Positions 25,480-38,692 are shown, counted from the first letter of the stretch. The stretch is 64,000 nt of DNA from Octopus sinensis (GCF_006345805.1 NC_043017.1:4030001-4094000), one strand, 5' to 3'. Notes: a model not told the origin generated them from the letters alone. A program made the numbers and translations.

Positions 25480-27060
25480 TAATAATCCTTTCTAATGTAG
25501 GCACAAGGCTTGAAATTTAGGGAAAAGGGTTAAGTCGATTACAACAACCCCAGTGCGTTGCTGGTACTTAATTTATCGACCCCTAACGGATGAAAGACAA
25601 AGTCGACAACGTACCAACAGACGAAATGCCGCTAAGCATTTTGCCCGACGTGATAGCGATTCTGCCAGCACACCGCGTGAATAATGATAAGAATAAAACC
25701 AATCCTTTCTACTCTAGGCACAAGGCGTGAAGTTTTGGTGGAGGGGATTGTCGATTATATCGACCCCAGTGTTTCACTGGTACTTATTGCATCAACCCCA
25801 AAAGTGGATGAAAGGCAAAGTTGACCTTGGCGGAATTTGAACTCATGACGTAGCGGCACACAAACCCTAACCGCTTAGCATTTCGCCCGACGTGCTAACG
25901 ATTCTGCCAACCAGACGTCTTAACAATAATCCTTTCGACTAAAGGCACAAAGAGGTGCAATGGCCCAGTGATTAGGGCAGCGGACTCGCGGTCGGAGGAT
26001 CGCGGTTTCGATTCGCAGACCGGGCGTTGTGCGTGTTTATTGAGTGAAAACACCTAAAAGCTTCACGAGGTTCCGGCAGCGGATGGTGGCGAGTCCCGTT
26101 GTACTCTTTCGCCACAACTTCTTGAGTAACGCTGCGATGGACTGGCATCCCGTCCAGCTGGGGAGAACACATACGCCACAGAAACCGGGAAACCGGGCCC
26201 ATGAGCCTGGCTAGGCTTGAAAAGGGCGAGGAAAGAAAAGTCACAAAACCCGAAATTTGATGGGAGGAGACTTGTCAATTACATCGACTCCAGTGTTTCA
26301 CTGTTATTCATTTTATCGACCCCGTAAGGATGAAAGAAAAGTCAATTTCGGCGGAATTTGAACTCAGAACATAAAGACAGACGAAATGCTGCTAAGCATC
26401 TTGCCTGGTGCGCTGACCATTCTTGGTTTCAGATTTTGGCTCAAAGGCCGACGGTTTTAAAAAAGGGGGTCAGTCGATGCCATCGACCTCATTACTTGTC
26501 TGCTCTGTTTTATCGATCCCGATATGGCGAAGGGCAAAGTTAACATCAGCGGAATTTGAAATCAGAACATAAAGACCCGGAAGAAACACCGCAAAATAGT
26601 TTGTTCGACGCTCTAACGATTCTGCCAATCTAACATCCTTGATTTCGAAAATAGGCAAAGGCCACATAGTTTACGAGAGGTGGTAAGGATAGAGATGAAT
26701 ATAAAGGACCTATTTTTTTTTTCATTTCATCAGACCCCGGAAAGATAAAAGGTGAAGTCGACACCAACGGCATTTGAACACAGAACGTAAGAGGATGTAG
26801 CTAAATACCACATGGTATTTAGTTTGACGATCTGGCGATGGTGTCAATGTACTGCCCTTTAAAAATGATGTTTTTTAGCATAAGGTCAAGGCCACATATT
26901 TTGGTAGAGGGAGCAGTCTATAAATTATACAGACCGCCATTAATTGTCTGCTACTTTGAATTCCCGTCCTCCGTCGGATGAAAAGCAAAGCCAACCTCAG
27001 TGCAATGTGAAGTCAGAGCAGAAAGGGGATGAAAAATTCACGAAATACTGCAAAGGGTTT
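25480..27060 (-). mobile_element. Cluster of about six decayed SINE A-type copies (alternative tail), same orientation
   Basis: Repeated aataatcctttctac...ggcacaagg...tcgaccc...gaatttgaactcagaac...gctaacg blocks. Confidence 0.75.
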
Positions 27061-27181
27061 AATCCAGCACACTCTATGCACAATTACAAATACATATATA
27101 AATACATACATATATCTATGCATATAAACACACACAAATATATATGTATGTGTGTGTGTGTGTGTATATATATATAAATAT

Positions 27182-27560
27182 GTGGAGACGCAATGGCCCA
27201 GCGGTTAGGGCAGTGGACTCGCGGTCGTAAGATCGCGGTTTCGATTCCCAGACCGGGCATTGTGAGTGTTTATTGAGCGAAAACACCTAAAGCTTCACGA
27301 GGCTCCTGCAGGGGGGGTGGCGAACCCTGCTGTACTCTTTCACCACAACTTTCTCTCACTCTTTCTTCCTGTTTCTGTTGTACCTGTATTTCAAACGGCC
27401 AGCCTTGTCACACTCTGTGTCACGATGAATCTCCTCGAGAACTACGTTAAGGGTACACGTGTCTGTGGAGTGCTCAGCCACTTGCACGTTAATTCCACGA
27501 GCAAGCTGTCCCGTTGATCGTATCAGCTGGGACCCTCATCGTCGTAACCGACGGAGCGCT
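27182..27560 (+). mobile_element. tRNA-derived SINE family C (head 1, tail X)
   Basis: A-box tggcccagcgg, B-box ggtttcgattcc; the same head at 25955(+), 11805-12003(-), 32660-32930(-), 50768-51072(-), 56408(+). Confidence 0.88.
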
Positions 27561-28239
27561 CCTATATATAAATATATATATGTATATATACAACGGTGTA
27601 GTTCGAAGTTTGTTTCCTATGCACATGGTTCCGGATTCATTTCTTATGCGTGGCACCTTTGACAAATGTCTTCTACATTAGCTGCGGACTCTTTTACTCG
27701 TTTACTTGTTTCAGTCATTTGACTGCGGCCATGCTGGAGCACCGCCTTTAGTCGAGCAAATCGACCCCAGGGCTTACTCTAGTACTTATTCCATCGGTCT
27801 CTTTTGCCGAACCGCTAAGTTACGGGGGCGTAAACACACCAACATCGGTTGTCAAGCGATGTTGTGGGGACAAACACAGACACACAAACATATATACACA
27901 CACATACATATATATATACTTATATACGACGGGCTTCTTTCAGTTTCCGTCAACCAAATCCACTCACAAGGCTTTGGTCGGCCCGAGGCTATAGCAGAAG
28001 ACATTTGCCCACGCAGTGGGACTGAACCCGGAACCATGTGGCTCGTAAGCAAGCTACTTACCACACAGCCACTCTACGCCTGACTAAAGTCTAGTGACTG
28101 GGATTTGCTCGACAGGAACAGAAAGAAGCCCGTCGTATGTATGTTTGTGTGTGTGTGTGTATGCGTGCGTGTGTGTGTGTGTGTGCGTGTGTGTGTATGC
28201 GTGTGAGTGTGTGCGTGTGTGTGTGTGTGTGCGTGTGTG

Positions 28240-28281
<42 letters not shown>

Positions 28282-28392
28282 AGTGTGTGCGCGTGTGAGT
28301 GTGTGCGCGTGTGAGTGTGTGTGTGTGTGTGTGTGCGTGTGTGTGTGGTGTGTGTGTAATTTCGCGCATGCGCATTATTTGTTATTACATAG

Positions 28393-28832
28393 TAGGGTCA
28401 GTTGGGCACCGTCTGTGAGAAAAACAGCACCATGACGCAATTCACTCTGCCAAAAATTTGGAAACAACATACTGTTCTGCTTGGCATTCGTGCCGGAAGC
28501 TCCAATACGAGCATTTCAGAGTGTTTGGATGTCAATCCGAGGACAATGCAGAGGATTCGGAAAGAGTTGGATGAGTCTGTTGGTGAATGCGAAGGTACGG
28601 CAAACTCGGAAAACTCTCTCTGGTCGTTCTGCTAGGAAAGGAACTCCTGAATTTGTGGGTGAGATCCTGGCCATGATTTACAACGATCCTTCTATGTCAA
28701 TGAGGTCCATCACTAGGGACCTGGCAGTGTGAGTTTCCTATCAGACAGGAAGTGCATGAAGACATTCGATATTCCTCATACAAGATGAGAAAGGACCAAT
28801 TTTTATCCCAATCTATTAAGGACAAGAGGAAA
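28393..28832 (+). pseudogene. Tc1/mariner-superfamily transposase N-terminal fragment, frameshifted
   Basis: HTVLLGIRAGSSNTSISECLDVNPRTMQRIRK and NDPSMSMRSITRDLAV resemble the paired HTH region. Confidence 0.7.
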
Positions 28833-28920
28833 GACCTGGGGTCGATTTGCTCGACTAAAGGCGGTGCTCCAGCATGGCCACAGTCAAATGACTGAAACAA
28901 GTAAAAGAGTAAAAGATTAA

Positions 28921-28951
<31 letters not shown>

Positions 28952-29290
28952 ATATATACAAATTGAGATAGGGGTTGCAAATGCAACCTCAACCATAAAG
29001 GGCTATATTGGAAAATGAGACATACTTATCGACAAAGCCGAAAGAGCTGTAAGATTAATCTATAATATATATAATTTACTTATTTTATATTCTCTTTTAT
29101 ATATTCTACTTATTATACAACATTACTCTTTTATGTACACTTTTTATGTACATTCCTTTATGTACACTGATTGTCTGCTTTTTATTTTAACCCCTACAGT
29201 TCTTATGTGGTGGTTTAATAAGTATGTGATGAGTATTATCTGATAATTGATATTTGATTTAGATGTATTTCCTCCATTTTCTTATCTTGT

Positions 29291-29318
<28 letters not shown>

Positions 29319-29321
<3 letters not shown>

Positions 29322-29532
29322 ATTAACATTAAGGAACCGCCATAATAGGCCATCACCCACTAGAAATAACAGCCAAAGCTTCTCTTACCGCAAATAAAGA
29401 TTAATGTTCCGTACAGAGAACTAAAAAAAAAAATTTTCTCCTGTTTACGGAATTAATCTTTATTTGCGTAGAAGCTTTGGCTGTTATTTCTAGTGGTGAT
29501 GGCCTATTATGGCCGTTCCTTAATGTTATGTT
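29319..29532. repeat. Fold-back/MITE-like inverted repeat
   Basis: aacattaacattaaggaaccgccataataggcc... mirrored by ...ggcctattatggccgttccttaatgttatgtt; carries the dispersed ctagaaataacagcc motif. Confidence 0.8.
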
Positions 29533-29624
29533 GACTTAAAAATGGTCTATGACTATTTAATTTTTTTCCACTGATGGTGCAATAAAATTCCAAAATTTTC
29601 CTTGCCACCCTATATTGATTGATA

Positions 29625-29666
<42 letters not shown>

Positions 29667-29669
<3 letters not shown>

Positions 29670-29874
29670 GGAGTAAACACATAAATGTGAAACAAGGTGG
29701 AAAAAAGAGTACTCAAATACCAGTGGTAGAGTAATATGCTTTATTTAAAGCAGCAGAAAATTCAACAAAACCTGTTACTCTGAGTTTCCCGTTGCAAAAA
29801 CTGTCCGATGAACGGCAACGGGAAACTCAGAGAAACAGGTTTTGTTGAATTTTCTGCTGCTTTAAATAAAGTAT
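29667..29874. mobile_element. Probable Penelope-like terminal fragment with inverted junction
   Basis: About 59-bp inverted arms 29737-29795 and 29815-29874 around a hammerhead core. Confidence 0.6.
29801..29838 (+). ncRNA. Minimal hammerhead-like motif (CCGAUGA core), U16.1 mutated
   Basis: CTGT-CCGATGA-A-CG(GCAA)CG-G-GAAA-CTC-A-GAG-A-A-ACAG inside inverted repeat 29737-29874. Confidence 0.55.
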
Positions 29875-29887
29875 ATATATATATATA

Positions 29888-29999
29888 TAAAATTATAAGT
29901 ATATGAAAGAATGGAGTTGAACGACTAGTTAACAAATATCCAAAGGATATTTTGTTAACTAATCGTTCAACTCCATTCTTTCATATACTTATAATTTTA
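29888..29999. repeat. Hairpin, about 54-bp arms, AAA loop
   Basis: One mismatch and one indel between arms. Confidence 0.9.
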
Positions 30000-30874
30000 A
30001 AATAAACATACAATTTCCGCACGAAGACACATAGTCTATGCCCTAGGGACGTAGCTTCAACGTGTTCTTTCTGATGTGAATTTGCTACCAGGTATCGGTT
30101 ATCTTTCGAATTATCCTTAATAAGATAATTCATTCAATTACTCAAATATATATATATATATAAGTGTGTGTGTTTTTTTACGAGTATCAAAGTTTTTCAT
30201 CGCAGACTTTAAGTCGGTCACTAACAAATTGACAAGACCGCTTTGCTTGAATCAAGATGTTTGCAGGCTTTATTTGTATGTTTGGGTTTGAGTGACAGTA
30301 TATGTGCGCGCGCGCGCGTATGTGTGTATGTGTGTGTGTGTGCGTGTCTGTGTGTGTTTTTGAACTAGTTTGTATAAAAAAATGTAACGTTCCTAATCAA
30401 TACCAGACAGAAGTTTCTCACTGGCACTAATTACCTGCATTTAGTATTAGTAATGACATAAGGTGATCGAAGCACCGACAGAGAGAGGGGGGGAGATATA
30501 CAGAGAAAGAGAGGAGACAGAGAGAATGAGAGTGTGAGAGAGAGGAGTGAGTGAGTGAGTGAGTGAGTGAGTGAGTGAGTGTGTGAGTGAGGAGACATCA
30601 ACATGAATGCTAGACCTACTCAAAATAGGGACGAAACACTCTACCGCCCTTAATGTGCAACGAATCAATTCTATTACTTATAAATTCGCTCACGCAAAGC
30701 TGGCCTGGGGCTAAAAAATAACATTAGCAAACCTATGATCAGCAGACTTTTTGATCAAAGGCACCCTAACCTTGACCATCACATCTATTGTTCAATCTGC
30801 GAGGCATATAACATCTTACCTCTTCTCATTTTATTTTCTCTGTAGTTTTTACTAAGATCGATCTATATATACAT

Positions 30875-30937
<63 letters not shown>

Positions 30938-31334
30938 CGAGCTTACGATCGTGAGGTTGTGAGCTCGAATCCCGGACCGGGCTGCGTGTTGTGTTCTTGA
31001 GCAAGACACTTTATTTCACGTTGTTCCAGTTCACTCAGCTGTAGAAATGAGTTGCGACGTCACAGGTGCCAAGCTGTATCGGCTCCTTTGCCTTTCCCTT
31101 GGACAACATCGGTGACGTGGAGAGGGGAGGCCGGTATGCATGGGCGACTGCTGGTCTTCCATAAAAAACAACCGCGATCCGGAGAGGAGTGGACAGCGTG
31201 CTGTGACCAGCGGTGTCAAATGGACGCCCGACGGACTGGTCGGTCAAGGTGATATGTATATGTATGTATGTGACCGGAGGGAGAGGCTCTCCTTTCAACC
31301 AATTCAATGCTGTGAGTGCTGCTAGATGACGGAC

Positions 31335-31605
31335 TCTGGTGATGATGTTGTTTCAAGCTTTCCGAACCATGGGCCTGGTCTTAGCATACTCGAGGTCGAA
31401 GCCCTGCAACTTGAGGCATTCCTCGGTTTCGTTCGACCATGTCTTCTTTGGTGCGTTATACTGGGTTCTCTCGTGTGTGAGTCACTGCCACCACTACAAC
31501 AGTTGGTGTGCTATTCTTGCTGTGCTCAATCTGCAGACATTATTACCAAACCACTTTAGCCTGCGCTGCAAGACTTCGTTTCCAATGGTCCGCCACTTCA
31601 GGCAT
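31335..31605 (-). mobile_element. RTE-like LINE 3' fragment
   Basis: Hand translation QRRLKWFGNNVCRLSTARIAHQLL resembles the RTE C-terminal RRLRWFGHV motif. Confidence 0.6.
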
Positions 31606-31832
31606 TCTCTCTTTTACTCTTTTACTTGTTTCAGTCATTTGACTGCGGCCATGCTGGAGCACCGCCTTTAGTCGAGCAACTCGACCCCGGGACTTATTCT
31701 TTGTAAGCCCAGTACTTATTCTATCGGTCTCTTTTGCCGAACCGCTAAGTGACGGGGACGTAAACACACCAGCATCGGTTGTCAAGCAATGCTAGGGGGA
31801 CAAACACAGACACACAAACATACACACACACA

Positions 31833-31869
<37 letters not shown>

Positions 31870-32046
31870 CATATATACGACAGGCTTCTTTCAGTTTCCG
31901 TCTACCAAACCCACTCACAAGGCATTGGTCGGCCCAGGGCTATAGCAGAAGACACTTGCCCAAGATGCCACGCAGTGGGACTGAACCCGGAACCATGGGT
32001 TGGTTAGCAAGCTATTGTTCAAGGATGTTGTTTGAAATTCGGTCGT

Positions 32047-32146
32047 NNNNNNNNNNNNNNNNNNNNNNNNNNNNNNNNNNNNNNNNNNNNNNNNNNNNNN
32101 NNNNNNNNNNNNNNNNNNNNNNNNNNNNNNNNNNNNNNNNNNNNNN
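32047..32146. other. Assembly gap (100 N)
   Basis: Run of n. Confidence 1.
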
Positions 32147-32580
32147 AAATCAGAAACGTCTGGGCGTCTTTAAAAGATATTTAGAAGATTCCCAGGGTCT
32201 ACAAACAATTATTTATTCTTTAAACAGTTCTGGATATCAGCCTTTAAAACACACACACACAGATACAATTATTCCAATGATATTAGAATTTGTCAGAATT
32301 AGTCTGTTTTTGTTGTTTGATCAACAAAATGCATATATTTAATGCAGTGAATTGCCAGTCATTAGAGCGTCGGTTAGCAAGCCTTGTGGGAATCGTTGCA
32401 GCTCTGCGATTTTAGTTCAAATCTGCCGAGGTCAACCCTGCCTTTGATCCTTTCAGGATCGATAAATAAAATACCAGTCCAATGCTGAGGATCACTTCCT
32501 CTCTCTCGTCTATCTCTCTATCTCTATCTCTCTCTACACACCTCACTCACACACCCACACCACTCACACACACACTCCTG

Positions 32581-32631
<51 letters not shown>

Positions 32632-33721
32632 GATATATATATATTCACCGTGATCACCGTAACCGACCAGGCTATCAGATGTTGTTACACATCGCTGGTC
32701 ACAATGTGCTTCGCATTGTTTTAGCCTTCAAGTGACACCACCCGCGCTGGCTAAGCGAGCAGGCCAACAGAAGAAAGAGTGAGAAGAAAGTGGCGAAAGA
32801 GTACAGCAGGGATCGCCCCCACCCCCTGCCGGAGCCTCGTGGAGCTTTAGGTGTTTTCGCTCAATAAACACTCACAACACGCCCGGTCTGGGAATCGAAA
32901 CCGCGATCCTACGACCGCGAGTCGCTGCCCTATATATATATATATATATATATAGATATATCTATATATATAAAAGTTCTGAAATCGATAATAGGAAATG
33001 GTGTAGGATCAATCGGTGGGATCGTGTTTGTACTTGGGTGGCAATTTATCTGTACGTGCTCGTAAATATATGTATGTATGTTGTATGTATGTATGTATGT
33101 CTGTAGTATTAAGTATGATGTAGGATGTAAGCATGCTGTTGTAGGAGTGGGGCTGTGTACTGTAATACTTGCTACGAACCACATGGTTCCGGGTCAGTAT
33201 ATAAATGTATATATAATATATATATACAACATACATATATATATAATATATATATATAATATATATATACATACATATATATGTAATATTTATATATTCT
33301 TTTATTCTTTTACTTGTTTCAATCTTTGACTGTGGCCATGCTGAAGCACCACCTTGACGGGTGGGTTTTAGTCGAACAAACCGACAGCAGGACTTATTTT
33401 TTCAACCTAGTACTTACTCTATCAGTTTTATTTGTCAAACCGCTATGTTATGGGCGCGTAAACACACTGACGCCAGTTGTTAAACGTCGATGTGAGGGGG
33501 ACAAACAAGGTTACAAAGACGCACACACATAGATATATATATACGTATACGACGGGCTTCTTTCAGTTTCCGTGTACTAAATCCACTCACAAGGCTTTGG
33601 TCGGCCCGAGGTTATAGTAGAAGACATTTGCCCGAGGTACCACGCAGTGGGACTGAACCCGGAACCATGTGGTTCGTAAGCAAGCTACTTACCACACAGC
33701 CGCTCCTACATACATGCATGC

Positions 33722-33752
<31 letters not shown>

Positions 33753-33758
33753 CATACA

Positions 33759-33791
<33 letters not shown>

Positions 33792-34538
33792 TTACGAGCA
33801 CGTACAGATTAAATCTGCCACCCAAGTACAAACACGATCCCACCGATTGACTCCTACACCATTTCCTATTATCAGATTTCAGAAACTTTATAACCGAAGT
33901 TGAAAACACGTAGCAGTCATGTGACCTTCTTAATCATGCCATCATGCCTGCAATGTTTCGGTCATCTGTAAGTTTTGGGTGCATAGTTAGCTGTATGGTT
34001 AAGAAGCTCATGTGGTTTCGGGTTCAGTTTCATTGCCCCTTGGAAGTGTTGTTTTTTTTTATCATATCACTGCACAAACCAATTCCTATTAGTGAATTTG
34101 AAAGACGGAAACTGTGTGGAAGCGCATAATGTGCGTGCGCGCGTGTGGTCAAGTGGGGGGTGGTTGTGCGGGGGGTGTCTTTGTCCTCTCCTGATAACTA
34201 ATACAAGTTTGTCTTTTTTTACATCCCTGTAACTTGAGATTCAGTAAAAATGACCGAAAAGTGAGCACCAGTTTTAAAACAATAAGTATTGGTCAATTTA
34301 TTCGAGTAAACTTTTCAAAGCAGTGCTCCAGTATGACCGCCGTCCAATGACTGAAATAAGGAAAAAGTAAAAGATAAGAATGCGTAGTCGTTTGACCAGC
34401 TACAAATAGCAGCTAAACTCTCTTTCAGATCACGTCCTACCGATTTTGCATTTAAATACGAGGGCAGATTGAACAATATATTTCAAGGTATAATTGTCCG
34501 AGAAAAGTTGGGATGGCCATAACTGGAACGCTTCAGAT

Positions 34539-35379
34539 CAGTGGTTTTCAACCGGGATCTATATGTTCCTTGGGAGTCCATAAAAAACTGTTGTCAAAAT
34601 TTATGAGCAATAAGTTGCTTATCTTTTCTACTCTAGGCACAAGGCCCGAAATTTTGGCGAAGGGGGCCAGTCGATTAGACCCCAGTGCGTAACTGGTACT
34701 TATTTAATCGACCCCGAGAATTTGAACGACCTCGGCGGAATTTGAACTCAGAACGTAACGGCAGACGAAATACGGCTACGCATTTCGTCCGGCGTGCTAA
34801 CGCTTCTGCCAGCTCGCCGCCTTGTGCAATTAATTGCGTATATTTCTACTATACATAAAATATTTTGATCGGGCTCAGACCCCACTGCATGACACCTTGG
34901 ACATGTGTCTTCTTCAATAGCCTTGAGTCGAACAAAGCCTTGTCAGTGGATTTGATAGATGAAAACTGAAAGCAGCCTGTCGTATATATGTATATGTATA
35001 TGTGCGTGTGTATGTGTGTGTGTGTGTGTGTGTGTTTGTGTGTGTCTGTGTTTGTCCCCCCAACATCGCTTGACAACCGATGCTGGTGTGTTTACGTCCC
35101 CGTAATCTAGCGGTTTGGCAAAAAAGAGATCTACAGAATAAGTACTAGGCTTCCAAAGAATAAGTCCTGGGGCAATTTGCTCGACTAAAAAGGGTGGTGC
35201 TCCAGCATGGCCACAGTCAAATTGACTGAAACAAGTAAAGGATTAAATGAGTAAAAAATGTTTAATTATAAATATGCAGGAGGACTTTTGTTTAATCCCC
35301 ATCGAATGGCTATGGCGGTCCAGTGGAGTAAAATAGAAATCGAAGGAGACCATGGGCCAAATATGGTTGAGAACCACTG
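34539..35379. mobile_element. hAT-like MITE split by SINE A (34622-34821) and SINE B (34880-35250)
   Basis: TIRs cagtggttttcaacc / ggttgagaaccactg; 8-bp flanks cttcagat / ctttagac. Confidence 0.75.
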
Positions 35380-36000
35380 CTTTAGACTATGAGTTTGCTG
35401 AATCAGAAATCGGACAGGAACTACACAACAACAACAACAACAACAGCAATGATTTACGTTGTTGTTCGTTGAATAGAGAGACTTTTCCACGAATGGTACC
35501 AACTATTCATAATCTGTTGTTTCACCGTGTCCTATTACTAAACCCATTCTATCGGTGTCTCTTTCTTTAAATATACTCAGAACTTTAGCAATGTCAGATA
35601 AGTAAATACGTGCCTTTTCGTTGAAGATTACTCACTCCGGCAATTAACATGACGAAGCTAACCCCTTTCCTACACTAAACTTTTCTATAGAGGATTTTGT
35701 GAGGCATTTGTCAACAAATGAACCGGATTTCTGTGTTACAATACAACTAACACCAGTTTTACTATCACAGCGGTTTAGTACAAAAACCGTCATCAGCGAG
35801 ACTATATGAAGACACTGCTACGCGTTCGTTCCATCGGCAAGAAATAGCAAAGAAACTTCCCTCCACGTACACCCAGGGGGCGTAAACAAATATAGAGATG
35901 GTCACTCTGAATAATGTAGACCTAGATAACCTTCAAAAAGACAAAATGTGCTCGTTTGAACATTTTTCACCATAAATCTGCTAGATCAAATGCTGAGTTA

Positions 36001-36565
36001 TTGGGTTGTCCGGAAAGTTCGCACCGATTTTTAAAGGAAAGAAAAAGGTCAATAAATACTTGCCATTACATTTTTAATCAACCAAATATAAACAATTTTC
36101 TTGCACAATGCGTCTCCATCTTTCCTTTAACTTGAAAATACCCTCTTCCCAGAATTGAGGTGGTTTCGTGGTAAACATTCATCAAGGTATCTTTTTACGT
36201 CATCCAAGGAATTGAAATTTTTGCCATTAACACTATTCTGCAGAGACCTGAATAAGTGGAAATCCGAAGGAACAACATCTGCTGAATATGGAGGCTGGGG
36301 TAACACATCCCAATCGAGCTGCAGCAATTTTTGTCTGGTTCCCAAAGCATCAAGTACCGAACATTTACTCTCTTATCTTCCATTTTAAAGGGTTACAGAA
36401 TTAACACAGGTTATAGGAACATAAACCTTCTTCCACAAAAAGATAGCTTAAACTGTGCTATAAATGGATGTGTGGTTAAATCCTATTTCATGGACTCAAC
36501 CATGTTCTAAAATAAGTCGAAAGGTAAGCTACTATAAATCAGCACGAATTTTCTGGACAACTCAA
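36001..36565 (-). mobile_element. Internally deleted mariner element
   Basis: TIRs ttgggttgtccggaaagttcg / cgaattttctggacaactcaa with TA flanks; WDVLPQPPYSADVVPSDFHLFRSLQN resembles the mariner YSPDLAPSD region. Confidence 0.9.
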
Positions 36566-37043
36566 TATTACAGAGTTTTATACAACAACATAGAACCAAA
36601 GAAGTAGCCTTTGCGTAGTCATTCATGAAACAGTAGTCAGGTCCCACTTATCCCTCCCTCCCAAACTTATATAGACGCACACACACACAAATAACACTGT
36701 AAACGAACCAACGAGGGTGTTTCACTGTATTCGTCCAACCGGCTAAAAATAACAGCCAAATTCCCCTGAAATCGTACTCCACCTTCTTAGAGAAGGACAC
36801 ATTGGATAATGTTACGTGGAGTTACTTGCAAAAACGAAGAAGACAGGAGTGTCACGGCTGAAATATTTTTGATCACAGGTCTGCTCGGTTGGGCTGACCT
36901 AGGTAAGAACGACAGCAACAATAGCATCAACAACAACATGTAGGTCATAAATACCAAAGTGACATTCATCATCAGAAGAAAAAACTATTGTTCGAGAGGG
37001 CGTGTTTTTTGTAGTTTTGTTTTATAAATTTTTAAAATTTTCT

Positions 37044-37457
37044 TATTTCTTTACTACCCACAAGGGGCTAAACACAGAGAGGACAAACAAGGACAGACGA
37101 ACGGATTAAGTCGATTATATCGACACCAGTGCGTAACTGGTACTTATTTAATCGACCCCGAAAGGATGAAAGGCTAAGTCGACCTCGGCGGAATTTGAAC
37201 TCAGAACGTAACGGCAGACGAAATACCTTTTCTTTACTACCCACAAGGGGCTAAACACAGAGGGGACAAACAAGGACAGACAAACGGATTAAGTCGATTA
37301 CATCGACCCCAGTGTGTAACTGGTACTTAATTTATCGACCCCGAAAGGATGAAAGGCAAAGTCGACCTCGGCGGAATTTGAACTCAGAACGTAGCGGCAG
37401 ACGAAATACCGCTAAGCATTTCGTCCGGCGTGCTAACGTTTCTGCCAGCTCGCCACC
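37044..37457 (-). mobile_element. SINE A array: one head plus two body units
   Basis: Units start at 37044 and 37228 (184 bp). Confidence 0.9.
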
Positions 37458-37459
37458 TT

Positions 37460-37830
37460 CTGGCTATCTCTATCTCTGTCAAGTAATTGGTTACCAGAAT
37501 GGAATTGTGGGCTGATGCACCGTTCTGGTGTAGGTACTCTGGCCATTTGCGACGAAATCTCTTCTTCAACTCCCTCAAAATCTTCACAAAGCACCTTGTT
37601 AACCGTCCAGCTAGAGAGAACCCAGGCTCATGCTGTAGAAAAAGAGGATCTACCCGTGCTTCCCGGTGGACTGGCTTTGCATGACCTCTTGTACAAACGA
37701 AAGACAGATGCTCAGCTCAAACAAGTTAACCCATAAGCAGTCTGGAGAATTTCATAAGTTTCTTCAGCTTCTTTTCTCAGTTTAACACAAAACTTTATTG
37801 CATAACGAACTTCCTGTCTTCACGTCCCGA
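37460..37830 (-). pseudogene. Mariner transposase remnant abutting a SINE array
   Basis: AIKFCVKLRKEAEETYEILQTAYG (N-terminus) and LRELKKRFRRKWPEYLHQNGASAH (HDNA-like). Confidence 0.75.
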
Positions 37831-38228
37831 CAACATTCTGAAGACTAATCAGCGGTGGCGTGTAGTGTTTCGTAGGATGGCGTTCAAAGTGCCGTTACGC
37901 TGTCTCCTTCAGTCTGAAATAACAAAAGTTTGCAGGTCAGCTTATCAGATGTATAATAATGATATTTTTCATCAAGAGTAGAGTCTACAGTGATTCGTAG
38001 GTAGGAGAGGTGCAGCCGGAGTGTAGAAAGTCCAAAAGAGAATCCGTAAAGGGTAGATAGGTAGAAAGTCCAGCGGAGAAGTTCGTGTGTGATAAGAGAT
38101 GACAGGATCAACTGGTGCGACCACGTGAGCGTGTGATATGTGGGGAGAGTTGACGAAAAAAACAAAAGACGAAGACGGGTGGTGTACAAAACAGACGTAT
38201 TAGTATAACGCTCGGGAATTGAAGAAGT

Positions 38229-38264
38229 CTTTTATGTTTCGAGCCTACGCTCTTCTACAGAAAG
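38229..38264 (-). ncRNA. Hammerhead-like motif with CUGUAGA (A6U) core
   Basis: CTTT-CTGTAGA-A-GAGC(gtag)GCTC-GAAA-CA-TA-AAAG. Confidence 0.5.
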
Positions 38265-38642
38265 GGACACAGAAAAAAACATATAGAGAAACAAGGAGAG
38301 AAGAAAAAAATGTGTGTAGTGGCTACCGATCTAATAATGATATACCGAAAGTACAATGAACTAGGACAGTTATAGTTACCATTCCTAAAAAAAAACGTCT
38401 CAAGCCTTCTAAAATGCTCCTTGCACCTCATATCTAAAACAACATTATCCAGTGTCCATTTTTTAAGATGATAGGAGATGATAAGACGTTGTTAGAATGG
38501 AACGATGGCTGCTGTTTGGAACCGATCGAGCAACCACCTGGAAGCTATTTCAGTGGTTCCGATATACTCGATTTGTAATTGTTGTTGATGTTGCAGTCAT
38601 TGGTGATACTGCGGCTTCGGCTGCAACAGCTGATGATGATGG

Positions 38643-38692
<50 letters not shown>

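Noticed and set aside
27182-27260. tRNA genes at SINE heads
   Set aside because: A and B boxes present but cloverleafs are imperfect and continue into SINE bodies
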